Of a stretch of 48,281 nucleotides of DNA, positions 1 to 8,700 are shown piece by piece. Origin of the DNA: Candidatus Haladaptatiplasma halalkaliphilum (GTDB lineage: Archaea; Thermoplasmatota; Thermoplasmata; Halarchaeoplasmatales; Halarchaeoplasmataceae); assembly GCA_019594055.1 (NCBI GenBank), contig JAFDTY010000001.1:1-48281 (forward strand). The letters run 5' to 3'. The notes below the pieces were generated by a model. That model saw only the letters and a list, made by a program, of their open reading frames with translations, searched no databases and had not been told where the DNA came from. How positions within the stretch are numbered: position 1 is the stretch's first letter; the number at the start of each line of letters is the position of its first letter. A program made the translations under genes and the position numbers.

Positions 1-333
1 AGTGATAAAGATATATTCTTCGAACTCCTCAACCTTGGGACGCTGTTCGGAGTTCAATATATCTTCTACTACCAACGGATGTAGGCCCAAATGTTTCTCC
101 AAGGAATCTATCCACGATTGTTTCAAATTTCCAGTGAAAGAGATCCATTTCACACCGTTTTTTTCCTTCAAATTTTTTAAAAATGAAGGATCTGTTAATT
201 TTTTCGTGTTATACGATTCCTCATCATATTGTATAAGGTCTACACGTGATCTTTTAGGAACATCCTCGATGATTGAGATGAATGAACCGCTCTTCATTAC
301 AGCACTTTTCAACTTGCCGTGTCTTGCCATCAT
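1..333 (-). CDS. corA: Mg2+/Co2+ transporter CorA, N-terminal part only (gene continues beyond the left edge)
   Basis: Absent from the ORF track because it runs off the window. Minus-strand translation from ATG at 333 reads MMARHGKLKS...WISFTGNLKQSWIDSLEKHLGLHPLVVEDILNSEQRPKVEEFEEYIFIT. The HPLVVEDILN..QRPKVE.F..YIFI block is the classic CorA cytoplasmic-domain signature. A TATA-like CCTATTTATATATGC (minus strand) lies about 25-40 nt upstream. Confidence 0.85.
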   Translation of the reverse strand, partial: MMARHGKLKSAVMKSGSFISIIEDVPKRSRVDLIQYDEESYNTKKLTDPSFLKNLKEKNGVKWISFTGNLKQSWIDSLEKHLGLHPLVVEDILNSEQRPKVEEFEEYIFIT

Positions 334-529
334 AAATCCTAAGAGTGTTATATCTTAGCATATATAAATAGGTTGCCCACGGACGAGACAATGGACGCCC
401 AGTCTTAATTTATCAAGGCCTGACGTTCAGTTCCCTTATCACATATCCTTTCAACCAAAGGACAATTTATTCCGGATATCTCGAATTTACGCTATTGATT
501 GCGCAAAACGGCCGGTGAACCATGCCCCC

Positions 530-3238
530 TCAAACACGAGAAAGGGGAAATCCGCTATCTAGTAATTCCCTGGCAAGACGTTCGCCCTCTTCGTCGCCGG
601 CCTTTCCGGCCCGAAGGATGATATCTTTCAGAAGCTTCTGCACATCGTGGTAACGGCCCATATCCATGTATATCCTCGCCCTCTCGAGGCCGGAGGCGAT
701 CAGGCCCCTGGTCTCTCCCTGCTCGTTCAATGATGATTCCAGCTCATCCAGTTCCTTCAGGGCTAGTTTCATCCTACCGCTGTCGTGGAGGTCGAACACG
801 TATCTAAGTCTCGTCTTGGACACACCAAGGGTATCCCCTTTTAGTGTAAGTTGTTCCATCACTATCCTACGGTGTTCTAGGCACGTGTCCCAATCCGTAC
901 CTCCGATCACATCGGCAAGCTCGTTACGTATCTCCATCTCCGTGGGACCCATCTCCTTCCTTCCGAAGGGTAATATCCTTCTTCCGCGTTCCATCTCCAC
1001 TTTCAACCCCCTTTCAAACGAAGTACGTGCCTTTTCCACGTACCCGCCGGCGGCTAGTTTCTTACCTAAACGCAAATAAGTATCGGATGTCTCACCCCAA
1101 AGTCCCTTTCCACGGTAGTAATCTACAATTTCCGATAAAATTTCGATTTCCTTCTCGTGTTCACCCATCTTACTGTAGAGGTCCGCAAGATTGCCTTGTA
1201 CTATCCCGTAATCACCACCCGCTTTCAGTGCTTTCTTAAGGTATCGCTCTCCCTTCCTGTAATCGTTTTTATGGATACTAAGCATCCCCAGATTGTTGTA
1301 AAGGGCACCCAGTGCCTCCTTGTGCCCCCGTCGTCGGATCAGCTCTTCCGCCTTTTTATAGATCGTTTCCGCCTTGGTCATATCCTCCATGTTCCTGTAA
1401 ACGGTTCCAAGGGCCAGTATCTCCCTGAGCTCCCCCTCGTCATCCCCCTTGTCCCTGTATCTACTTATGGCCTCCCTGTGGGACCTTACGGTATCTTTCC
1501 ATCTCCGGAGGTTCTTCTGTGCCTCGCCTATCTTCTCCATCAGTTCGGGAGTTCTTCCCATAAGTTTACTCGCCATCTCGTAGTTTCCCAATGCCTTGCT
1601 CCATTCCCTTGCTAGCAGGTGGATATCTCCCACGGTTTCGTGGTATACGCCCTGGTACTCGCCGGGAAGTAGCTCCCGGGGAAATAACTCCATCAGTTTT
1701 ATCCTGTCATCCTCATGCAGACTTGCCAAGGTAGGTTTCAGATCTTTCAAGACCGCTAAAGCTTCCTTCCAACCATCGCCCAACTCATGGTGATACAGTA
1801 TCTCAAGGTCGGTATCGTGTCGTACCTTTGCCATCCGTTTACCCATAAGGGCATGGAGTTCTTTTTTCTCACTTAGTGGTATATGATCATAGATATGCTC
1901 TTTCAATATAGCGTGAACACCTATCTTGCCGTCCACCGTTATCTCTACCAAGTGTGCTGACCTGAGCTCTGCCAGTACCTCGTCATCTCCAGGTTCCAAG
2001 ACGATATCCCTGTCAGTGGTATCCCATAGAACGGACAATCTCTTCATCAACCTTTTTTCACCCGGGGTGAGTTTCGAGTATATCTCATGTTCTATGAAAT
2101 CGTCCATGGTGGTGGTATCTCCATGGTACCTTTGGTAAATCTCCACGTACAACGGATGGCCCTTGGTTTTACGGTAAACATGCTCGCCGTCCTTTCCCGT
2201 ACCGGCCAGCATCATCTTGACATCTTCCCTTCCCAGGGGTCCCAGCTCTATCTCCAACACCCGTCCGTCGATAACGTCCCGAACGTCGTAAAAGGATAAT
2301 TTCTCCCTGCTCATTAGCACCGCACCGAATCCGGCACCTCTCTTCTTGAGTTCAAGAAGTATCCCGAATAGATCCCGGATGTCACCGGTCGCCTTTTCGC
2401 AATTGTCCAGGAACAATATCGGCCTCTCCACTGCCCCTAGCAGCTCGCTGAGGATGCCGTACAACCCCTGGCCCTTGAGATCGTTACCTGCGGCCATCCT
2501 GTAGAACGAGTTCAACTCGTCTCTGAGTTCACGTATGGATTCCCAGGGGTGGAACGAATGCCAGAATACGGACTTTTCTACACTCACCTCCTCCATGACC
2601 TTTGCAGCCAGGGTACTTTTACCTATACCGGCTATGCCGCTTATCACGGTTATGGGTGGGTCCCGTTCCCGTGATCTTCGGAGGATGAGGGATAGTTCCT
2701 CCCCCCTACCGTACATCTCTTCGATGAGGGGGGCCCCGCTCACCTGCTTGAACGACCTTCCCGGGTCTTTGACCATGGTGTGATAGGGGATAAATTCCCG
2801 TGGCTCCAGCATGTCCCTGCCCCTCATCCACTCCTCCACATGAAAGTTATCTATATTGGCAAACTTTCCCTTCAATCTCTCCACTACCTCATACAGTTTC
2901 AGCGGTATTATCTTGCCCCGGTCCATGTAACGTATTTCATTGTTGGATATCTCGTCGAGTAGCCTTATGCAAGCCTCCCTCCCCTCACCTGTCAACAGGT
3001 ATACGTTCCTGCGTCTCCTGAATCCCTTTACCCTTGCCAGTCTCTCCTCTATCAGTCCATCCTTCTTTAGCTTGGATATGCTCCGGCTGACGTTGTTCTT
3101 GAGCATGTCAAGGGCATCGCTTATACCATCCTGGCACAGTCCGTTGTGTACGGTGTAACTTTTCGGATGGTACTCGAACTGGAAGATGTGCAGGAGTACC
3201 CTTTCGGTTTGGGACAATCGCCTACCGGTATCATCCAT
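530..3238 (-). CDS. Winged-helix / STAND-type P-loop NTPase / TPR signal-transducing regulator (902 aa)
   Basis: The N-terminus has a MarR/TrmB-like wHTH (GISDALDMLKNNVSRSISKLKKDGLIEERLARVKGFRRRRNVYLLTGEG). This is followed by Walker A VISGIAGIGKSTLAAKV and a Walker-B-like PILFLDNCE. The last ~400 aa are TPR-like repeats (e.g. ALGALYNNLGMLSIHKNDYRKGERYLKKAL). Confidence 0.7.
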   Translation of the reverse strand: MDDTGRRLSQTERVLLHIFQFEYHPKSYTVHNGLCQDGISDALDMLKNNVSRSISKLKKDGLIEERLARVKGFRRRRNVYLLTGEGREACIRLLDEISNNEIRYMDRGKIIPLKLYEVVERLKGKFANIDNFHVEEWMRGRDMLEPREFIPYHTMVKDPGRSFKQVSGAPLIEEMYGRGEELSLILRRSRERDPPITVISGIAGIGKSTLAAKVMEEVSVEKSVFWHSFHPWESIRELRDELNSFYRMAAGNDLKGQGLYGILSELLGAVERPILFLDNCEKATGDIRDLFGILLELKKRGAGFGAVLMSREKLSFYDVRDVIDGRVLEIELGPLGREDVKMMLAGTGKDGEHVYRKTKGHPLYVEIYQRYHGDTTTMDDFIEHEIYSKLTPGEKRLMKRLSVLWDTTDRDIVLEPGDDEVLAELRSAHLVEITVDGKIGVHAILKEHIYDHIPLSEKKELHALMGKRMAKVRHDTDLEILYHHELGDGWKEALAVLKDLKPTLASLHEDDRIKLMELFPRELLPGEYQGVYHETVGDIHLLAREWSKALGNYEMASKLMGRTPELMEKIGEAQKNLRRWKDTVRSHREAISRYRDKGDDEGELREILALGTVYRNMEDMTKAETIYKKAEELIRRRGHKEALGALYNNLGMLSIHKNDYRKGERYLKKALKAGGDYGIVQGNLADLYSKMGEHEKEIEILSEIVDYYRGKGLWGETSDTYLRLGKKLAAGGYVEKARTSFERGLKVEMERGRRILPFGRKEMGPTEMEIRNELADVIGGTDWDTCLEHRRIVMEQLTLKGDTLGVSKTRLRYVFDLHDSGRMKLALKELDELESSLNEQGETRGLIASGLERARIYMDMGRYHDVQKLLKDIILRAGKAGDEEGERLARELLDSGFPLSRV

Positions 3239-3294
3239 GGAATAGGGTAGTGTCTCAAGGTTTTTAATAACATCGGAATACGGAAGTGATAACT

Positions 3295-3315
3295 TGATAC
3301 AATCACTGATACAAT
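3295..3315. promoter_or_regulatory. Tandem direct repeat TGATACAAT x2 (period 12) in a divergent promoter region
   Basis: TGATACAAT occurs at 3295-3303 and again at 3307-3315. The repeats sit between the STAND regulator start (3238, minus) and the TATA-like CTTTATATAGG (about 3327-3337) of the 3364 gene. They are a candidate regulator-binding site. Confidence 0.3.
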
Positions 3316-3363
3316 AACGCTTTAGCTTTATATAGGTTGTAAACGGAGTTATCGGTGATAAAC

Positions 3364-4821
3364 ATGAAGTCGAAAATGATAAAGAGTTTCCTGGTGGTCT
3401 CCGTCCTCATGGTGGCTGTACTGGTACACGGCCTTGAAGTCGGAGCAGGACAGGCAGGAGAAGAATGGGAAATAATAGTGGACGAGGGAGACAACTACAA
3501 ACATTTCCGGTTCGTCAGCGGTGGTATGGACGACGCCTCCTTCGGGGTCAGATGGGGCACGTCTGATAACCTGGGCGCCTTGGGCATGTTCTCCATACAG
3601 AACAGGCATATCGCCATGACCTCGGTTTACGACAGTGACGGAGAGCCCATCAGCGAGAACAAGCCCGTATCCGTTCGAACCGTAATCTCCGCCAGACTGT
3701 GGAGGATATTCGAGTACAATGATAGTAACGACAACGGCCTCTGTGATCACATCGTGGACGAGTACGGTAACTTCGTCGAATTCGAGGAGATATACAAGTA
3801 CGTTGATCTGAATGATGCGGACTGGGAAGTCAGCGAACTCATAGAGGAAGAGGTTGGAGATAATGTAACCTGGGAGTTCACCCTGACTGCAAGGGACCTG
3901 ATGTATTATGACGCATCCGTTCTACCTATAAAACAGAGGCATCCAGATATGGTCGACGAGAGGCTGGAGTACGTGAACCTTACCTTCCATCTCGAGGCAG
4001 GTACGAAGTACGTGGAAGGGGCGAGCATGCCCAGGTTCAGGGTTACGCTGCACAGAGGTGTGGGACCCATACAATATCTCCGTGAAGTGGAGAGAGAGCA
4101 GGACCAGGAGATCAACGGTTACGTAGGTTCATACGAGATAAAATGGGACCATGAATTCGTGGGATGGGATTACCAGCCGGAAAACGATAATCCCAGACTT
4201 TTCATGGAATTCTTCAATATCGTTGGGAACCACATACCGGTGGATAGACCTCTCTGGCATCAGCGGTTCATGCACCGTATTGGTGAAGACCTAAGGGCGA
4301 CATACAGGGACGACATAGGGGAACACACCACCAACCTAACCGATATACCTCCCATGCGCGAAAGAAGACTCCACCATAGCAGGATATCCTACGGCGGCAA
4401 CTGGTCCTGGGCAGGTAGGTTCCATTGGGTCTCCGATGTTACGGTGGACGGTGAAGATATGGAGATGTACGCACAGATCGTACGCGGTGCTCCTGTGTTA
4501 TACCGTGACTTCCGGGGACATAATTTCGTGGGATTCGTGGTGTACGGCGGTTTCAACTATCCCGGCGGTTTCCATATCTTCCACGACCCGGGGATAGACG
4601 GCAGTGCTATGCTGAGCATCGATGCTGAACCTACATCCAGGATATTTCCATTTCGGGGACTGTTCCTGGGGGTGATGGTGGCAGCAACGGTGGTGCTACT
4701 GGTTCTTGCACTTCTCTACCGGGATACGGATAAAAGCTCTGTGAATCTGGGCCATTACGACAAGGAGAAGATTGAGGACGGTGACGATTGGTCCGACTAT
4801 TACCACAGAGATAGAACATAA
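3364..4821 (+). CDS. Hypothetical surface protein (signal peptide plus C-terminal TM anchor)
   Basis: The start is trimmed to ATG 3364, because the track start at 3355 is GTG. The N-terminus MKSKMIKSFLVVSVLMVAVLVHG looks like a signal peptide. The C-terminus has a hydrophobic span GLFLGVMVAATVVLLVLALLY followed by an acidic/basic tail. I recognise no family. Confidence 0.6.
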   Translation: MKSKMIKSFLVVSVLMVAVLVHGLEVGAGQAGEEWEIIVDEGDNYKHFRFVSGGMDDASFGVRWGTSDNLGALGMFSIQNRHIAMTSVYDSDGEPISENKPVSVRTVISARLWRIFEYNDSNDNGLCDHIVDEYGNFVEFEEIYKYVDLNDADWEVSELIEEEVGDNVTWEFTLTARDLMYYDASVLPIKQRHPDMVDERLEYVNLTFHLEAGTKYVEGASMPRFRVTLHRGVGPIQYLREVEREQDQEINGYVGSYEIKWDHEFVGWDYQPENDNPRLFMEFFNIVGNHIPVDRPLWHQRFMHRIGEDLRATYRDDIGEHTTNLTDIPPMRERRLHHSRISYGGNWSWAGRFHWVSDVTVDGEDMEMYAQIVRGAPVLYRDFRGHNFVGFVVYGGFNYPGGFHIFHDPGIDGSAMLSIDAEPTSRIFPFRGLFLGVMVAATVVLLVLALLYRDTDKSSVNLGHYDKEKIEDGDDWSDYYHRDRT

Positions 4822-4844
4822 AACCCCTTTCCCCCTTTTTTTTA
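4822..4844 (+). terminator. Post-stop C/T-rich oligo-T motif AACCCCTTTCCCCCTTTTTTTTA (putative archaeal terminator)
   Basis: The motif starts immediately after the TAA stop at 4819-4821. The same 23-mer recurs at 33841-33863, and close variants follow two other stop codons. A T8 run is typical of archaeal intrinsic termination. Confidence 0.45.
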
Positions 4845-4894
4845 CGGATAAGTTTTTATCTTCCCTCTCTATTTCCAGGGGGAGGTCAACGACC

Positions 4895-5698
4895 ATGGAC
4901 AAAAAAGCATTTTTGGGTCTTATGTTTTGCCTGGGTGCGGTTATATTGATAATAATATCAGTATCCATGCCCTGGTATCAGTTCAGGGCTGAAGGATCAG
5001 GTTCAATAGATCTCGGATCCATCAGGATCGAGTCGGACGTGGATGCCCACTTTGACCGCCTGAAAACCGAAACCGTTACCACGGTGGAAATGGGAGACTC
5101 CAGCACCCAGAACCGCGATACGGACATAGACGATTACGAAGAACTTCCTGCGGTAAAAGGCGTACTGAACAACACCAGGGTAATACTGGTGCTCGGCCTG
5201 CTCATACTTATAATGGGCATACTGGGCGTTATCATGAAGATGGCGGAAAAGATGGATAAGAACATCGTAGGCATAATACTGGTGGTGGGTTGTGTCCTGA
5301 TACTGTTGGCACCGATATACTTGATGGTCGAGCTACCTTCGGCGATAGGTGAGGATCTCGAGGAACTCGACGATGTTGCCATAGACAAGATGAGCAGGGA
5401 ATTCTCCGGTTCCGACGAGCGTAGAAGGGAATTCTTGGGGGTAGTCACAGAAGTGAAGACCCGCTGGGGCGGAGGTCCCGGGTGGTACCTTGCCTTCTTC
5501 GCTGCCGGCCTTGCAGTCATGGGAGCCGTGGCATTGTTCCTCTCGGAACCGAGGCGGTATTCCGCACCCATAAGCAATTCGGAACCGCTGCCTCGGAGAC
5601 GCGTAAAACGTCCTGCTATACAACCGGAACAGACCAAAGGCCCCCATGACGGTCCCAAGACCATAATCGACGAGGACGAAGGCATGATCAACTACTGA
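4895..5698 (+). CDS. Hypothetical integral membrane protein (about 4 TM)
   Basis: ATG 4895 is preceded by GGAGGT at 4881-4886. Hydrophobic spans include FLGLMFCLGAVILIIISV, VILVLGLLILIMGILGVIM, IVGIILVVGCVLILLAPIYLM and WYLAFFAAGLAVMGAVALFL. The track start at 4772 would overlap the upstream gene. Confidence 0.6.
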   Translation: MDKKAFLGLMFCLGAVILIIISVSMPWYQFRAEGSGSIDLGSIRIESDVDAHFDRLKTETVTTVEMGDSSTQNRDTDIDDYEELPAVKGVLNNTRVILVLGLLILIMGILGVIMKMAEKMDKNIVGIILVVGCVLILLAPIYLMVELPSAIGEDLEELDDVAIDKMSREFSGSDERRREFLGVVTEVKTRWGGGPGWYLAFFAAGLAVMGAVALFLSEPRRYSAPISNSEPLPRRRVKRPAIQPEQTKGPHDGPKTIIDEDEGMINY

Positions 5699-5778
5699 TG
5701 TAAGGTTAGAGCCCCAAAACATTATTAAACCCGCCGAACGTTGCAGTGTATTCGACGTCCGAAGCGGGTTTGAAGAGA

Positions 5779-8700
5779 ATGGTAATACGTGTAAAAGACA
5801 GGAAGGAAAAGGAGACCGTCCTCGACCTCATGGAGCCTCTTATAGCCAGGTGGTTCGACGCCAAATTCGAGCACCTTACCGAGCCCCAGGGCTATGCAAT
5901 CCCACTAATACACGAGAGAAAGAATGTTCTGGTATCGTCACCAACGGGCTCGGGTAAAACACTCACTGCATTTTTAGCCATAATCAACGAACTTTTTACA
6001 CTAGGTAAAAAGGGTGAACTCGAGGACAGGATCTACTGTGTCTATGTCTCACCGTTGAGGGCGCTGGCCAACGACATACACAAGAACCTGGAGGAACCGT
6101 TGGAAGAGATCAGAGCGATGGCAAAGGAAGAGGGGATGAAGGTGCCGGAGATAAGGACAGCCATACGCTCGGGAGATACACCCCAGAGCGAGCGCAGGAA
6201 GATGGTACTGAAACCCCCGCACATACTTGTCGCCACCCCGGAAAGCCTCGCCCTAATACTCTCGTCACCCAGATTCAGGGAGAGCTTCGACGGTGTACAG
6301 TACTTCATAATGGATGAGATCCACGACATATGCTCTTCCAAGAGAGGATCATTCCTGTCGCTAAACGTCGAGCGGCTGGAGGCACATGTGAAGGGGGAGA
6401 TGACCCGCATAGGGCTTTCCGCCACCCAGGCCCCCATAGAGGCCATAGGAGAGTTTTTGGGAGGGTACGTCAACGGGAAGCCCCGGGAAGTCAACATCAT
6501 AGAGGTTCTGGCTGAAAAAAGCCTCGATCTGTCGGTGATATCACCGGTTGACGACATGACCAGACTGCCCTACGAAGTGGTGAACTCCCACATGTACGAC
6601 CTTCTGAAGGATATGGTGGACGAGCACAGGACCACCCTCATCTTCACCAATACCAGGAGCGGTGCCGAGAGCGTATCGTACAAACTCCAGGAACGCCAGG
6701 TAAGGGACATCGCCGCCCACCACGGCAGTCTGAGCAAGGAAACACGATTGACGGTGGAGGAGGACCTGAGGGAAGGGGAGCTGGTGGCGGCGGTATCCTC
6801 CACCTCGCTGGAACTCGGCATAGACGTGGGCTACATCGATCTGGTACTTCAGGTTGGCTCCCCCAAGTCCGTGGCAAAAGGACTCCAAAGAGTGGGTAGG
6901 GCCGGACACGGTGTTGGCCAGACATCCAAGGGACGTATGATAGTATTCGAAAAGGACGACCTGGTGGAGTGTGCGGTGCTCACAAGGGAAGCCCTTAATC
7001 ACAACATAGACAGGGTGAACATACCCGAGAACAACCTCGATGTTCTGGCCCAGACCCTGGTGGGTATGAGTCTGGAGAAGAGGTGGGGGGTTGACGAGGC
7101 ATTTTCGGTCATCAAAAATTCCTACTGTTACAGGGGGCTGGAGAAGGGTGATTACATCAAGGTACTCGAATACCTGGGTGGTGAAGGCGGTAGCAACATC
7201 TACTCCAAGATATGGTACAACAAGGAACAGGAGACCTTCGGGAAAAAGGGCGGTGCCCAGCTGATCTATTACCTTAACATAGGCACCATACCATCGGACT
7301 CCAGCTACAGGGTTTTTTCCGAAAAGGGCGTGCCCCTGGGAAAACTATCGGACAAGTTCGTGGAGCGCCTGACCTCGGGGGATGTTTTCATACTGGGCGG
7401 GCACTCCTACGAGTTCATGCATACCAGGGGCACCAGGCTCTTCGTGAGGGGTGCAACGGGGAAGAAACCCACGGTACCCAGCTGGTCAGGTGAGATGCTG
7501 CCTCGAAGCTATGACCTCTCCAAGGCGGTGGGAAGGTTCAGGAGGGTGCTGGAGGGAAGGCTACACGAAGATATGGTGCCATGGCTGATGGAGGAATATC
7601 ATATCGACGGCGGCTCGGCCAACACCATACAGAGTTATTTTCGCGAACAAGAGGCGTTCTCCCCCAGGATGCCCACCGACAGAAGGGTGTTGATAGAGGG
7701 TTACACTGATCAGAACAACAGGTACAACCTTATCTTCCATGCATGCTTCGGCAGACGCGTGAACGACACCCTCTCAAGGGCCTACGCGTACATGATATCC
7801 CGAAGGTACAACTGCAGTACCAAGGTCTCCGTTACCGATGATAATTTCCTGATAGCCACCGGGAAGAAGGTGCCCCCGGAGGAGGTGCCCGGTTTGGTGA
7901 CATCCGAGAACGTGGAGAGCACCATCAAGAGGGCGGTACGCAGGACGGAACTCTTCAACCAGAGGTTCCTGCACTGCGCCGGGCGGGGCTTCATGATACT
8001 CAGGAACTACAAGGGCAGGGAGATATCCGTATCCAAGCAGAAGATGCGCTCCGGAAAGCTGCTCGAGTTGCTCGAAGAATATCCGGACCACCCCATGATA
8101 AAGGAAACTTACAATGAGATACTCTTCCAGGTGCTGGACCTCAAGAACGCCATGGATGTACTCCTGGAGATGGAAAGCGGTTCCATGGAGGTATGTACCT
8201 ACGATTACAATGAAACCCCGTCTCCCTTCGCCCACAATGTGGTGATGGTGGGTATATCGGATGTGGTGATGATGGAGGACAGGAGCGCTCTGCTGAGACA
8301 GTTCCACCAGAGGGTGCTGGAGCGAGTGTTCACCCGGGAGGAGATAGAAAAATTCCAGTTCAAGAGAGAGGATGTGGAGGAGTACTATCTACGCAAGAGA
8401 CCCTATTTTAATACCAAGGAAGGCATGCTGGAAGTCATCAGGGAGATGGGTCCTTTACGGGTATTCACCGAAAGAGGCAACAACATATACCTGTATACAG
8501 ATAGAACATTCGAAGAGGTTCGGGTTTGGGGCAGGGAACTGTTGAACGAAGGGAGTATACAGTCCATCTGGATGAACGAGTCTAAGTGGGTTACCACGGA
8601 GGAGGTACCCGTTTACCTTTCTTGCCTGGACAGGGGTATCGCTCCCCGGGAGTCCCAGGTGATGGCGTCCCTGGCCCGGGAGCCCAAGACAAAGCGTGAG

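Noticed and set aside
2-358. A 118-aa plus-strand ORF at the left edge.
   Set aside because: It is antisense to a clear CorA N-terminus (HPLVVEDILN..QRPKVEEF), and its own sequence is low-complexity with no recognisable features. I treat it as a shadow ORF.
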